DNA of 63,386 nt, filler included, from Rhabdomonas costata (lineage: Eukaryota), in NCBI GenBank assembly GCA_019059605.1. It is 48 parts of 48 records of this genome, joined end to end, with 100 filler letters (N's around TTAATTAATTAA, not from the genome) between each part and the next. Parts side by side here need not be neighbours in the genome. Positions count along the whole stretch, not along the records: positions 10,580 to 11,802 come from JAHMHO010022992.1; positions 11,903 to 13,125 come from JAHMHO010022993.1; positions 13,226 to 14,448 come from JAHMHO010022994.1; positions 14,549 to 15,771 come from JAHMHO010022995.1; positions 15,872 to 17,094 come from JAHMHO010022996.1; positions 17,195 to 18,417 come from JAHMHO010022997.1; positions 18,518 to 19,740 come from JAHMHO010022998.1; positions 19,841 to 21,064 come from JAHMHO010022999.1; 40 more parts are not named here. The stretch is one strand, 5' to 3'. Below, piece by piece: positions 11,025 through 23,700 of this stretch; the stretch's first letter is position 1, and each line of letters starts with the position of its first letter. The notes beneath the pieces are model-generated. The model saw only the letters and a program-made list of their open reading frames with translations. It did not search any database and had not been told where the DNA came from. Both the position numbers and the translations under genes were made by a program.

Positions 11025-14000
11025 CTGCGTCACGCAAAATCACAGCAGGGAGAACAAATAAAACCCTCTCAATCACGGGCGAGGCGACGGGGTGAAGTGG
11101 GGACTCAGCTGCGGCGTTGGCTGCAGCAGTGGTAACCTGCCGCTGTTAAAGCCAACTGTGACATAAACGGCGCGCATATAATCAGTATAGGGAAACACTA
11201 TTGCGAATTGACAGTGATCAGGAGAGACAAGCTTTTCTGGGAGTACCTCTTGGGGGAGAAAATTGAGGTGGGGGGAGCAGGATGGGGACTGAAATGGATA
11301 TTTCGCCATGCTGGCTGGGCAAAATATCAGGACCAAGAGACATAAGACTGCTTGTTCACCGCTAACTGTTAAAGACCAGTGAACGCACTTCCATGCTAAC
11401 ACTTTCCTAATCTCCGCGGGTTTCGGTGCACGCTATACCTTGACTGGGCCATCGGGAAGCACAACTGTGAGTTCTGGGGGTATGGGGATTCCCTAAAAGC
11501 TGGAAGAGAAGAACCCTTCGCGCCGCCAGGTCACCGTTTGGTGTGGCATCTCATCACGTGCGGTGATCAACCTAGGAACAACCTCCTCTCGGGTTCACAC
11601 CCCAGGCGTGCCAGGCGTTTGTATCGAGATCGTCTTTCTTCGATGACTTTGACAGAGACCACAACTGTGGGTAGATTCACCTCCCACACATTCACGCGGT
11701 GCAAGGGCATACCCAGGCTGTCCCCGCCTTTGGCTGACGTCCCTGCTGGTGTTTTGTCCCAGAGGGGTGCCGTGGCCGCGCCGCAGCACGTCCCCCACAA
11801 CCNNNNNNNNNNNNNNNNNNNNNNNNNNNNNNNNNNNNNNNNNNNNTTAATTAATTAANNNNNNNNNNNNNNNNNNNNNNNNNNNNNNNNNNNNNNNNNN
11901 NNGAAAATGTTTTTTTGGTGCGCATCAGTTGCGATTGTCATCGTGTGATTTCATCAGGGCGTGGCGCCACTCTCTTCCAGGAATCGGAGCAATTTATGTG
12001 CAGGTTACAGTGGGTGATGTAGGGGAACTATATTGCAGCTTCTGGGTTGGGGTCAAGTTTGCGTTTTTGCCCTTCGTCGGTGGTGGCAGTTGGGTGCTTT
12101 TCTGCCGTGGTTTGAGGGTTTCAAGCCCCGATTTCACCCTCCTGTTGTCCACCAGAAAGAATTGTCCCCTGAGCACCAGCCACGCAGCGTTTCGGGGGAG
12201 GGGCGCCTGCGAAAAAAAAGACCCCTGCTGCGGCTCAGCCCTCTCCACAAGTCTACACCTTTGCCTTGGCTTTGTGTGATGGTGGTGCCGCACTGCACAT
12301 CCCCCGTTTGTGTTTGCACTCCAGCAGCTTCTCAGTCAGTTCCATCTCTTAGCATGTACTCTAGGGCAGGCGCAATTGAACCATTGGGCATCAGCGCGGT
12401 TCTGAGTTCCGGGAGAGATGCTCCTGGAGCCAGGGCCCCGTGGGGAAGTGCTACCACTGGCTGAGCTCAGTACCCTGGACCAGGCATGTCACAAGGCCTA
12501 GAGCGAGATTTGAAGTTGTGAGAATCTTCCTTTCCTTTTTCTCCTAATGTGCTTCTAGCAGAGCAAACAGAAAGCAGGGTTCGAAACATGCGTAAGTTCC
12601 GTTTGGGAGCTGTTTTGGAGGGCTTCCGCTGCCTTGCTCGGAAAGAATCCCGTGGTGGAAGGGCGCCTGCACCCACTCCCTTTGTCCAACCTATATTCCC
12701 TGCAATCATCCCGGTCCTAACCAAAATTGTTTCTTTATGGTGGGCTTGTGAGATGCTCGTGAGATCGCTTTTAGAATACCCGCCCCCCTTCATCATCTGC
12801 TGACTTCCACAGGTGACAAGTGAACTCCCACCCTCAGACTACAAAGCTGACCGCTACCTCCATGGCCCTCGTGGCCTTGCAGCGCCGCCGACGGGGCACG
12901 GGTATGAAGGCTGCACCACGTGAGTTATGGAAGTGCAATACTTCTGGGCGGAAGCTGTGCTTCCAAGTATCAGCCCTCCATCGCGATACTGTACCACTAG
13001 AACGAAATGTTATCTGGATTTTCTCTCTCTACATAGTAACCTTTGGCGGCAGTAACAAGCGAGTGCATGTTGGGGGAAGCACGGCAAAGGCTTCTCCCAT
13101 TGTGGGAGCTGCATATGTGGAAATANNNNNNNNNNNNNNNNNNNNNNNNNNNNNNNNNNNNNNNNNNNNTTAATTAATTAANNNNNNNNNNNNNNNNNNN
13201 NNNNNNNNNNNNNNNNNNNNNNNNNGGGGTTGTTGACGGGAAGTTCGATGGGACGGATGGTGGATAAAGCCTTACAGAGCCGGTGGACTCCCTGGGACAC
13301 TTACTCGCACTCCTTGTGGGGCGGATGTGAGGGAAGTGTCAGTGTGTATGTGTGTAGGTGTCAGAGGATATACAAATTTTGTCTGCCATACGGAAGGGAA
13401 AACAAAACACGCACGGTGAGCAGCGAACTCATAAAAACATTCCAAGAATTTTTAGAATTTTGTTATGCATAAAGGAACCGATGCGGTTGAACAACTGCAA
13501 GGCGGCTCTAACGAAGAGTTGCCAGAGGGAAAGGAGTACGACATGGGCAACGACAAGGCAGGTTTGGTGTCTCATGCGCGAATTCTTTGTCTTTATAACC
13601 CCGCTTCTCCATCCAGCGTCCCAAACCACCCGTCGACAGGTTGGCAGGTGGAGAGGAGAAGCCCCTCCCATAAAATGGGCACGTAATCTCCAGTGCCAAA
13701 TACAGCAATATAGCAGGTCAAAAATTCGGAACCGAAGCCAATGTCGCAAACACAGCGAGAAAACGTCGGCATACCCCAGAAAGGCAACGAATTTATCGGG
13801 TTTCAATCCACTGAAACAACCAAGCCGACATGGTTTGCAAAAGGTGACCATTTTTACGATCCCCAAACCCCCTGAAAATCCAAAGGAAACTTTTTCATCT
13901 CAATTTTGAGGTGACACGAGCAATGTTAGAGATCCCACATACGTTTTGCTCCAGTATGTATCCCAAAAAATCCGGATCTCCCCATCGGGCTCGCAATTCC

Positions 14001-16539
14001 CCTCCCAGTAGCCTGCAACCCAACGGAAGGCAATGTGCGCCGCTCAAAACCGTGCCCTCACCAGCAGGAGCACCAAAGGCGTACAGTCGGCAAGGGAGAA
14101 GAGGAAGGGGAAGCAGGTAGTGGGTTCAGCGGGTCGTGCCTCATCACCACCAGCCCCCCAACTCGGGGACTATCTCTACACACGCAATGTAATCGCAATC
14201 GCGCCATTGTCATCGAGCACACTCCAACCACTCAAAACCCAACGTCAACCCCATGGTCCACACAAACGCCCCTGGATCCTGGAACAGTTCCCTCAACCAG
14301 AGATCGAGAAGGTCATCACCACTGCAGAGTCTGGGCACGTTCTCTTGCGGGGAGCTTCCCCCATAACCACAACCATTCTGGAGTGTCCTCACAGCAGGGT
14401 CTTCATGGCGGAGCGGAACGCGGGCATGTTCTGGGTGAACTTGTCCCGNNNNNNNNNNNNNNNNNNNNNNNNNNNNNNNNNNNNNNNNNNNNTTAATTAA
14501 TTAANNNNNNNNNNNNNNNNNNNNNNNNNNNNNNNNNNNNNNNNNNNNTGTTGGGGGGTGTAACGTTTGCATTCCACACTACAAGGGCGGCTGTGCACTG
14601 CACTGCACTGCACATCTGAACATAAATGCTCGTCCAAATGTCCTGCTTAGGCCGCGGAGGCGTAGATGCCCAACCGCTCCAATGAACGGAGCGAGCGGAA
14701 TTCTTTTGAATTTTATCAGGAAATGCAGGCTTTTCACGTTTGCCGTGCCAATGCCATGGTGACTTCCTCACAGGCGCAGTGCACAGTTCTGCGGGGACAG
14801 TCACACAGAGCGGTTGCGCTCAAGGCTTGCGCGGAAAGCACACGCACCACACCGACCCGCAGCGCAGCTTTATCCAACATAAACTGACCTCGCAGGTTGT
14901 GTGCCCAAGGATTTACAGCAATAAAGGCACAAACAAAATGGAAAAAAGTGCCGATACGAGAGACCATCCAGAGAAGCAAAGCTTCTCAACATCAAAAAAG
15001 GACTACCATAAAAGCAGGAGCTCAGGCTGGCCATCGCTTTGGCAAAGTAATTCCAACCCTCTCCGCGGACACAAGCGCACGTTCACACACGCGAGCTCCA
15101 GTTCACGGCAACGCGAGTGCCCCACCACACCAGGCGTCCAGCAGCCCAGCTGCTTCCTGAAGCTGCCGTCGCATCAGCTCCGCCCCAAAGGTTCCCAAAT
15201 CGATGCCCCCCGACCCCACGCCGGAGCTCTCGCACCCCGCCGGCTGTGAAGCGCCACGGACGGCATCAGCGGCAGGTTGACGGCGGGCCAGGGAGCGCGG
15301 ATGGGGCGGGGGGAGGCCAAGAGACCGCCCAGCGACAGCTCCCCGGGGAATCGGCGACAACGGGCAGCTGAGCATTCGGATTGGATGCGTGGGTCGTGCC
15401 GGCAAGAATACACAGTTTGAAAAAAAGAAAAGACAGGAACTTAGAAGAAGGTGACACCGGACACTCTGGAGAGAATTCAATTTGACCATAAGAGATAATA
15501 GGGAAAGAAGAGATAGTGACCCATCCCCCGTTTCCTACTATTAGCACGTCACACCGTAAACTACGAAGACGTTTTTGACGACCCTCAGCAACATTTGAAA
15601 CAAGTCACATGCATATGTGCCAGCCTAGCCGCGTTCCCAGGACATCAATTGGAAGCTAATCACGGCAGCAATGGAGTGACACAGAGCTGGAGCTCGTCAT
15701 CAATTGGAAGCTCGTAACACACAAAACTTCCGAGTTTCAGCCTTTCCAGCTCCTGGGGACAACAAACAACCNNNNNNNNNNNNNNNNNNNNNNNNNNNNN
15801 NNNNNNNNNNNNNNNTTAATTAATTAANNNNNNNNNNNNNNNNNNNNNNNNNNNNNNNNNNNNNNNNNNNNGTTTTTGGATCTAAATAAGGGGTACGTAA
15901 GCTGTGTTGCTGGCTCTCGTGCACATTATCAATTGTCGATATGTTAACATTATCATTTATCACTGGGGGGCTTTGCGAACCGGCCGAGTTGAGGTTAGCA
16001 CGGCTGAGGACAAATGAACGAACAACATTACAGCGGCGGAGCACAGCACAGGCACGCAACGAGGTGAGGGCTTCAGCACTATTCACGCTGGAGGAAAGAG
16101 TCACTCTGGTAGGAAAATGCACGAATAGTTAAAGGAGATGAAAAGTGCAAACATGGGAAGACAACAATTTCAGCATTTTTCACCGCTTCTGAATTCCAAA
16201 CAATAGATGTGCGGCTTTTTCTTGCAGTGGTGAAACATGGCGGCAAGGCGAAAGGGCCAACCATAGTATGGGCCTCGCAAGGGAGGCTAAAGGACGCATA
16301 CTTCCTTTTTGGACTTGGACGCATGTCTCGCATTGCAGTCGCAGCTGCAGATCAGGTTGTATTGCACACTAGGCAAAATATAGTAGATATAATACAGGAA
16401 ACCAACAATAAATTACGCAGTCACGAAGAACAGGGTAGTTGAAGGCTGTACCATGCTCCCCGGGCACCACTTCCTTTTCTGTTCACTTTTTCAGCCGTGC
16501 AGCGAACAGCCGGGAGCCGTTGTGCTTCATTGGTTTTGT

Positions 16540-17085
16540 TGAGAGGGTGGCCTGCTCCTGCTCCGGCGGGACAGTGAGTTGGGCTGCCCCTCGCCGAGGA
16601 AGCAAGATCTGCAGCAATGCCTCCAGCAACGGGGACCTGAATGGAGCCGCGAAATCCTTCGGCACCGGTGAAGCGCAGGTGCCGCCGCAGCGTCAGCCCT
16701 CCTCCCCGAACCGGAACTCCAGTTCGGTGGAGCCTCCCCAGTCGCCCGTCGAGTTGGTCACACTGGACACCGTGGAGATCTACAGGAATGAGCTCTTTCA
16801 CAGCGGGGACTACCCCTTGGGCAAGCCCATGGAGCGCCTTGCGCGGCGCGTTGTGCGAACCTTCTGGACGACCGACGGGCTCCCGGTTAACTTCACTCGG
16901 CTCAGAGCCTCAGGAATCAGTACTGTGCACGCCGATACTTGCTGGTGCTCTTGTAACAGCTCAGTCAACCAGCCCTCCAGCGAATCCGACGAGGGTGATG
17001 TTCTCTCACAGAGCTCCTCCTGTGGCGGAGTCAGCAACGGGGGGAGTGTGCCCTTTTCGCGAGGTTTTCGAGGCTGCCGAGCTCA
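16540..17085 (+). CDS. Probable long exon of an unknown Ser/Pro-rich protein
   Basis: Long GC-rich open frame (...VELVTLDTVEIYRNELFHSGDYPLGKPMERLARRVVRTFW...); no family recognised. Confidence 0.35.
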
Positions 17086-17324
17086 CACCCCAACNNNNNN
17101 NNNNNNNNNNNNNNNNNNNNNNNNNNNNNNNNNNNNNNTTAATTAATTAANNNNNNNNNNNNNNNNNNNNNNNNNNNNNNNNNNNNNNNNNNNNTTGGTT
17201 TGTTCCACATATATTTCTGTCCAAGTTTGTCGGCTTTTCTTTCCTGTTTCTGTCCGCTGTTTCTCTCTTTTCCTCACTTCCCTCTGTCTCTCTGTTGGTC
17301 TCCGTTGGTTTCTTGTGGAAATAG

Positions 17325-18052
17325 CTACTCCGCAGGGGGTCACCTCTCCGCGGGAGTTGCGCTGCACTACAACCACCCCTTGGCACAGCGGGCGGGGTGC
17401 GGGGAGGGCTGCCGGCTGCCCACGGCGCTGGGCCGCCCCAACTTCGTGATCCTGGGCTCCAGCATGGTTACGATGAAGGAACCGGAGGTTCTGGGTCCGT
17501 GCCGGGACAATCTCCTCGGGACGCCTGCGAGCGCAGAGCTGGTGGACTTGTACAGCCTGGGTAGGATGCTATTGCCTATGGATTTCTACTTTTTGTTTTG
17601 CCCAATTCTGTTTGAGCCTTTCCGACGCATACACCACACACGCAGACGTATTTTTCACTTTCGCAAAGATGAGAAACATGCATTCCGCAGATTAGGTGTT
17701 TGTGAGTTTTGATTGTTTTTTGTTTGTAGTATGTAAGATCTCCTCTTGTAATTCCAGTTCATAGTTTTTGGGGTCCTTGCTTGGGACTTCTCCTCTGCTT
17801 TCACCTCTGGTTGCTCCTGCTGACGCGTTTCTGCGGATAGTCGTGTTTCTTTCTTCTTCTTCTTTTAATTTGGTGGGCTCCGAGGTTGGGGTGGCGCAGC
17901 ACATCTATCATGGGAACATATTCCGTTTCAGGTTATAGGGCACATTGGCTTTGTCTCAGAGCTCCAGGTGACGGCCTCGGCTCCACCTATGTTTGCCGTG
18001 AGCTCGGACGGGGACTCCTTCATCACAGCCAACACTGCCTTGCTGGCGTCGG
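17325..18052 (+). CDS. Alpha/beta hydrolase, bacterial xylan/pectin acetyl-esterase (BD-FAE)-like; exons 17325-17560 and 17960 to about 18052
   Basis: (G)YSAGGHLSAG nucleophile elbow, RPNFVIL, VTM..CRDNLLG..ELVDLYSL|ELQVTASAPPMFAVSSDGD. GT-AG intron in phase. Confidence 0.8.
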
Positions 18053-18530
18053 GTCTGCCTCCCACCCCACCCCTCTCCGGATTTCGCCTCCTCGTTTTTT
18101 TTCTGCAAGTTGCAGTTGCAACCTATCTGCTGCTGATTTGCTGCTTTTGCTTCCCATGTTCCCGACAGTATCGCGATGTAATTTTCAGCTCAAGGTTTTA
18201 GCGAAACATAGACGAGAGGCAAATATTTAGGAGACTTGCGAGAATAGCTGGCGCGGGTCTTTTCTGTGTACAATGATGGGCCTCCCCCAAATGCCGCGTA
18301 GGCCGTTTGTCTGCTCTTTCTTTTGTCAATTCTCGTGCCCTACAGTAATAAGAGAACTTCTTCACAGGAAATAGGCTCCCGGGTCGCACAGCCTAACCAT
18401 ATCAGAGCACACCCCCCNNNNNNNNNNNNNNNNNNNNNNNNNNNNNNNNNNNNNNNNNNNNTTAATTAATTAANNNNNNNNNNNNNNNNNNNNNNNNNNN
18501 NNNNNNNNNNNNNNNNNTAGGCCAATGAAT

Positions 18531-18846
18531 TGATGTAAATATTTCCCATTCTTTTCATGCACATTTGCTTTCCTTTTCCAAGCTTTTACACACTCTTCTT
18601 CCTTCCCTCAATTCTCGTCTCTTTTAATCCGAAGAACCGTGGTTGCAATGTGTTTTTTGGTTCCTTCTAAGGGGTTTGTTTTGGGAATGGGAAAAAGAGG
18701 GAGTTTCAACTAAATTTCTACCGAATCAGCAAAGTGTTTTGTAAAGTAAGTAAGTATCAGTAAAACGGGCCCAGAGCCAAGTAAGAGGTTCGGGAGACCG
18801 AGCCCTCTCACCTTGTAGCAGAGGTTTGGTTCGACCTACCGGCCTC
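18531..18846 (+). mobile_element. Putative LTR (TG...CA, about 18531-18810) followed by a tRNA-iMet primer-binding site (18813-18824)
   Basis: ...CCCTCTCA-CC-TTGTAGCAGAGG versus the complement of the eukaryotic tRNA-iMet 3' end, TGGTAGCAGAGG. AGTAAA lies about 50 nt upstream of the CA. The LTR start is a guess. Confidence 0.6.
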
Positions 18847-19119
18847 AGCAGTGTGAATTTCTTTTGTCCTGCGTACCGAGTTTTGGTGTCCATTTTACCA
18901 ACTTTAAAAGAAAAGGGCTTTTTCGAAGGTTTTGTTTTATTTTACCGCTTTTTCACTACCGCTTTTCATGGAGAAGAAATTCTTTTGAAAGGGAATTCCA
19001 CCTCCATCCGCGATAGAAAAATGAGTGCTCCACCACTCCCATTATTGGCCCCAGTCAACCACTTCTTCTTCTAACGAAACCTCCGCAGTCATTTTCATGG
19101 ATCCAAGATCCCCACATTC

Positions 19120-19735
19120 ATGTACGTGTGTCAGCCTACCGCAGCCCCCACCAACCTGTCATTATTTGCATCAGTGAGACCACCAACTCTAATGCCTGCC
19201 GTCCCAGCTACGGGGCCGACTACAATGGAGTTGGACGCTGCCGTGCAGTCACACTCTCATGGACTTGGAGCCTGTTTGGCTCTCTCGACTACTGCTTTTC
19301 CAACTAACGTAGCAACATCAATGCCTAACGTCGCCAGCAATTCCAGACATTGGGACGAGCGCCCTTCAAAGCGCAGCCCCGTGAGTCCCAACAGTGGCCG
19401 TGACAGAAGAGAGTCGCCATATTTGGAACGCGACAGGAGAGAGTCACCATACCGCGGGAAAGATCGAGATGAGCGGAGCCCGCGCCAAGACGCGCGCGAC
19501 TCCACACGAAACGTTTACGAACGAGGCCGCGATCGGGACAGCTATCAGGACAGAGAGAGAATGGACTCACCTCGAGACCGAGTGGACCGACGTCCGCCCT
19601 CCCGAGACGAAGTTTACGAGCGTAGCATCCAGAGGCCACCATCACCCGCCAGCCAAGACAACAAACCCGTCTCACCAAGATCCGCAGGACGACCTCCAAT
19701 ACCCAGTTGGCTGCCCACGCAGGATCGTGTAAAAA
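19120..19735 (+). CDS. Intronless Arg/Asp/Ser/Pro-rich ORF downstream of the PBS, possibly the start of gag/ORF1; 3' partial
   Basis: More than 200 codons open, with a repeated RDRRESPY unit. Position fits ORF1 of an LTR element, but no gag motif is seen. Confidence 0.4.
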
Positions 19736-20678
19736 CACACNNNNNNNNNNNNNNNNNNNNNNNNNNNNNNNNNNNNNNNNNNNNTTAATTAATTAANNNN
19801 NNNNNNNNNNNNNNNNNNNNNNNNNNNNNNNNNNNNNNNNTTTTGGGGGGGGAGCGTTCGTCGTCCAACTCCTGTCTAACGCCTCCTTATCCGAGGCATG
19901 TCTGAGGGGGGGCTCCCCAGACGTGCATTGCCTCGTAACCCCTGCAAAGGCTCCATTCAAATCTCAAGGGGAAATGTTTTTCGCCTTCCTAACCCCTTGC
20001 AAAGGAAACAAGCGTCAATTGGACAGGAACACACCCATACGGTGTCCGTTAGACCCGTGCTTGACGTAAGACACCCGTCTAACGCACTCTAAAACACCCG
20101 TTAGACGGGAGCCCCACCCCAACTGTGCATCCCCTGAAGGTGGTGATCGTGCCGGTAGGTGGGTGAGGGAGAGACCCGCCGTGGAGCCGGTGCCGCCGCA
20201 GGCCTTCAGGGGGGCAGGAGGGGGCCGCTGTCCCGGCTGCGAGGCATCCGACTGAGAGGACCGCTGCGGCCTCGGGGGGCCAGCTAAGCGTACAAGTGGG
20301 TGAGGAATGTGGAAATGAGCTGAGGCGCGGGAGATCGGGTCCCGCTATAGCCGCTGTTTATCGGTGAGTTGCGAACGATATTACCGAATGGCAAACGTTA
20401 CTCAACAATGAAGCGAGCCTTAGTCATGGGATCCAATGGCGGGGGAGATGAAATGGACCAATCTTGTCTCAGCTCGCCTGCTGGCTAGTTTTTTCTCCAC
20501 ACAAAAACATCAGACCCTCACCCCACCCCCCAAAAAAACACTTTGTGCACTTGGCCAGGGTGACTCTTTTCTGGGGAGACTCGCGTTTCTCTTTATCCCT
20601 CGATGGGGCCTCACCCCTTTTCCTGTCTCCTCTACGCCTCACTGCCTCACGCCACACGCACACCTGAAAAAAAAACAC

Positions 20679-20716
<38 letters not shown>

Positions 20717-23339
20717 ACTTCGCGATCGACTGTGAGAGTGGGTGGGACGTTGGGACGTGCCTTCTCTTTGCTTCGGTACCCCCTTCGCAGACTGCTCTCT
20801 GCATTCACTGTTTCGATGGCTTGTGCGTGTGGCGGCGTTGGGCCTCTCTTCAGCCTTGTTTATAAAACCGTGTTGAGACGGTGGGTTTCAAAATCGCGAC
20901 CACACGGGAACACGCGCATGCCTCCATTGCCGTTGCCGTTGCCGGCCCCCGCGGTGCCATTGCCGGCGCTGCCCCGAGGATTCTTCGTCGCCGCGCGAGC
21001 CCCACCCTTGGGGGAGAACGACGAGGCCGCGGTGGGCCACCGCGGCCTCGTCGTTCTCCCCCAANNNNNNNNNNNNNNNNNNNNNNNNNNNNNNNNNNNN
21101 NNNNNNNNTTAATTAATTAANNNNNNNNNNNNNNNNNNNNNNNNNNNNNNNNNNNNNNNNNNNNGGGGTGGGGGGAGCGTTCTTACAAGTTTGGAACATC
21201 AAAAATGGGCGCTCATGAACATGTCGTTACTAAGGGGTGCGAAGAGACTATCGGCACCCCGTTTGTGCGGGCAGGCCTGGTTATTCTCTGGTCAGCTATT
21301 TTGGCTATGTGAACAATATTTACCAGTATAGCACGGCGAACGTGATGAAATTTAGGCGTACATTTTTCTAGCTGAATTCTCAATTGAGGATGGGTCTGAC
21401 TTCGTACTGTATGTTCTGCGAGTTTTGAATTTAAAACAAGCTGCTTATTTATCACTTATGCTGGCTGAGGACTTGCCCCTTCCACGGCTTTCACAGGAAA
21501 TGACTGGAATCATTTGAAAGCGGAGGCGAGCCGCTGCGGCGGCCGCGCCTAACAACCTTCTTCGCCTCTGCCTGCACCTGCCCATCCCCATTTTGTTTCT
21601 CTGATTCTCTCAGGATCTCAGAGCTGTGGTCTCCGTTCCTTTCCGCCCACGTCTCTTTGTTCTCATTGCATGCGGAAACCACGTGGCTGTTTGTTTGATG
21701 TTATTGAGTGAGTATATTTATCTCTCTATTTGCTCCGGAACGGACACTGGCACCTCGTTCGTGCGGGCGTGCCTGGTGTTTGACAACTTTAGCTGTCATT
21801 TTTAAGGAGGAGGGGGGAAGCTACTATCTTACCACCAAACATGAGCACCAACCCCTCGCTCTAGCTTTAAGTCAGGTCTCCGGTCCGGTCGGGAGTGACC
21901 ATGGCGGAAGTCACCCAGCGAATAGGGTGAGCTTATGGGCCGAAGTATTATTATGGGCCCCACCCCTCATTTCTGATGAGGCCCCTTGGTGAGGCTCCGG
22001 GGATCGGCTGGAAAGGCCCCCGGAACCCCCCGGAACAGCAATAAGAGAAAGAACTGCAGGTGACAGCGAACGTTATCGCCTTTTCCTGGGTCAAAGCACA
22101 CACCTAACTCAGCAGCTTTCCAAGGCAGCCAAAACAAATCATCACTGCGTAATGACTATTACTTTAACAAAATCCCCAAATTCACTCAAGTCTCCGCAGC
22201 ACAACACACTTGCGCACAATGGTGGGCCAACCCCACTTCTAGGAATCTGGATCCATACACAGAAAAAGAAAACACACACACACACACACACACTTCACAA
22301 CTCAACACTCAACGCCATTCTCGGGGTGCTTTCCAGCCCCCAACACCCTTCCAGCAGCCCGACCCACACCACCAAACACACCCACACNNNNNNNNNNNNN
22401 NNNNNNNNNNNNNNNNNNNNNNNNNNNNNNNTTAATTAATTAANNNNNNNNNNNNNNNNNNNNNNNNNNNNNNNNNNNNNNNNNNNNGGGGAAAAAGAAC
22501 ACACGAAAAAACGAAAAATACAACAACAGAACACAGAGCTGAAGGGAAAGAAGAAAGGCGGTGCAAATCCGACATGAACGAAACCTAAACGTTGATCTTG
22601 AAGCAACCGGTTGGCGACATTTGGTATCATGGGGACCATCCTTCAGAATCTGCGTTGCACCTGAGATTCTGCATCTCATCTGCGTCCCCTTCATACTCGC
22701 ACATGATGTGGGTGTCGTGATCGGCGGATCGAGACCATGATTTGGAGCTTATCTGCGCCCATTCCCATTTACAACAGACATACGCATACGCCAATATCAC
22801 AATTCCCAAAAATCAATGATCGTTCTGAAAATTTGTCTGTGAACTTACAGTAATCAACGACCACTGAATGTCTTCTGGCAATCCACGGAACCCACACACT
22901 ATTGGCGCGAGTGCTTCATGTTCCACGAAACCAAAACAGACACATATGCACGGGTTCTTGTGAGGATGCAACCGCTCCATTTGCGATCACCAGAGGCAAG
23001 GGGAACCGTTTCCACAATGGATCAACCGTCCGCAACTGGAAGTCCACTGAACCTTCTTGCCCACTCTTTTGCCACGAGTACGTATTTCGCGTTCCACAAA
23101 ACCAGGGGTAGCTACAAATGCACGGGTTCATGTGAGGATGCAAAAGAAATCAAAAACGCTTCATTGACCACCTTACGTTCGTTCCGCGAATGCTTGTCGT
23201 GCTCCATCTCGATAACTACAGGTATTAGAGAAACGAAGGTAAGGTGGTCAACGCAGCGCGATGTCTCTCTGAATCCTCTTCATACAGTACAAGCCTCTCC
23301 AGAAGTGACCCTCCCTCTTGGCCCTCCCTCCTGCTGCCG

Positions 23340-23700
23340 CTACTCATTGGGGCAAATCAGTGCACTGTCCCCGTCCCCGCGGATCACCACCGCCAGCCTC
23401 ACCGGAGCGGAGCCCAAAGCCAGCAGCCGAGCCCCTTCCCCTCCGCACACCGCCCGCCCATGGTTCAGCTCAAAGCTAACCTGCAGCGAGCTCCCCCGAC
23501 GGTCCACCACAATTGTCACCATCGTTGCCGGGGCCTCTGGGCGGCGCGTCCGGATCGTCCACAGGACTCCGCGGTGGAACAGTGCAGTGCCCTTGCTGCT
23601 CGGGGACGGAGAGGAGGACAAGGATGAAGAGGAGGAGGAAGAGTCAGTGCCCCCCTTGCTGCTGGGTCCGCGGTAGGTGGCGCCGCAGCTCCGGACCTCC
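23340..23700 (-). CDS. Terminal exon of an unknown protein with a beta-rich (possibly SPRY-like) C-terminus
   Basis: Open to TAG at 23340: ...MVTIVVDRRGSSLQVSFELNHG...PVRLAVVIRGDGDSALICPNE*. Confidence 0.4.

Noticed and set aside
21008-21064. Perfect 28-bp hairpin as a pre-miRNA, terminator or MITE
   Set aside because: It has a 1-nt loop at the very contig end and matches the fold-back artefact class.
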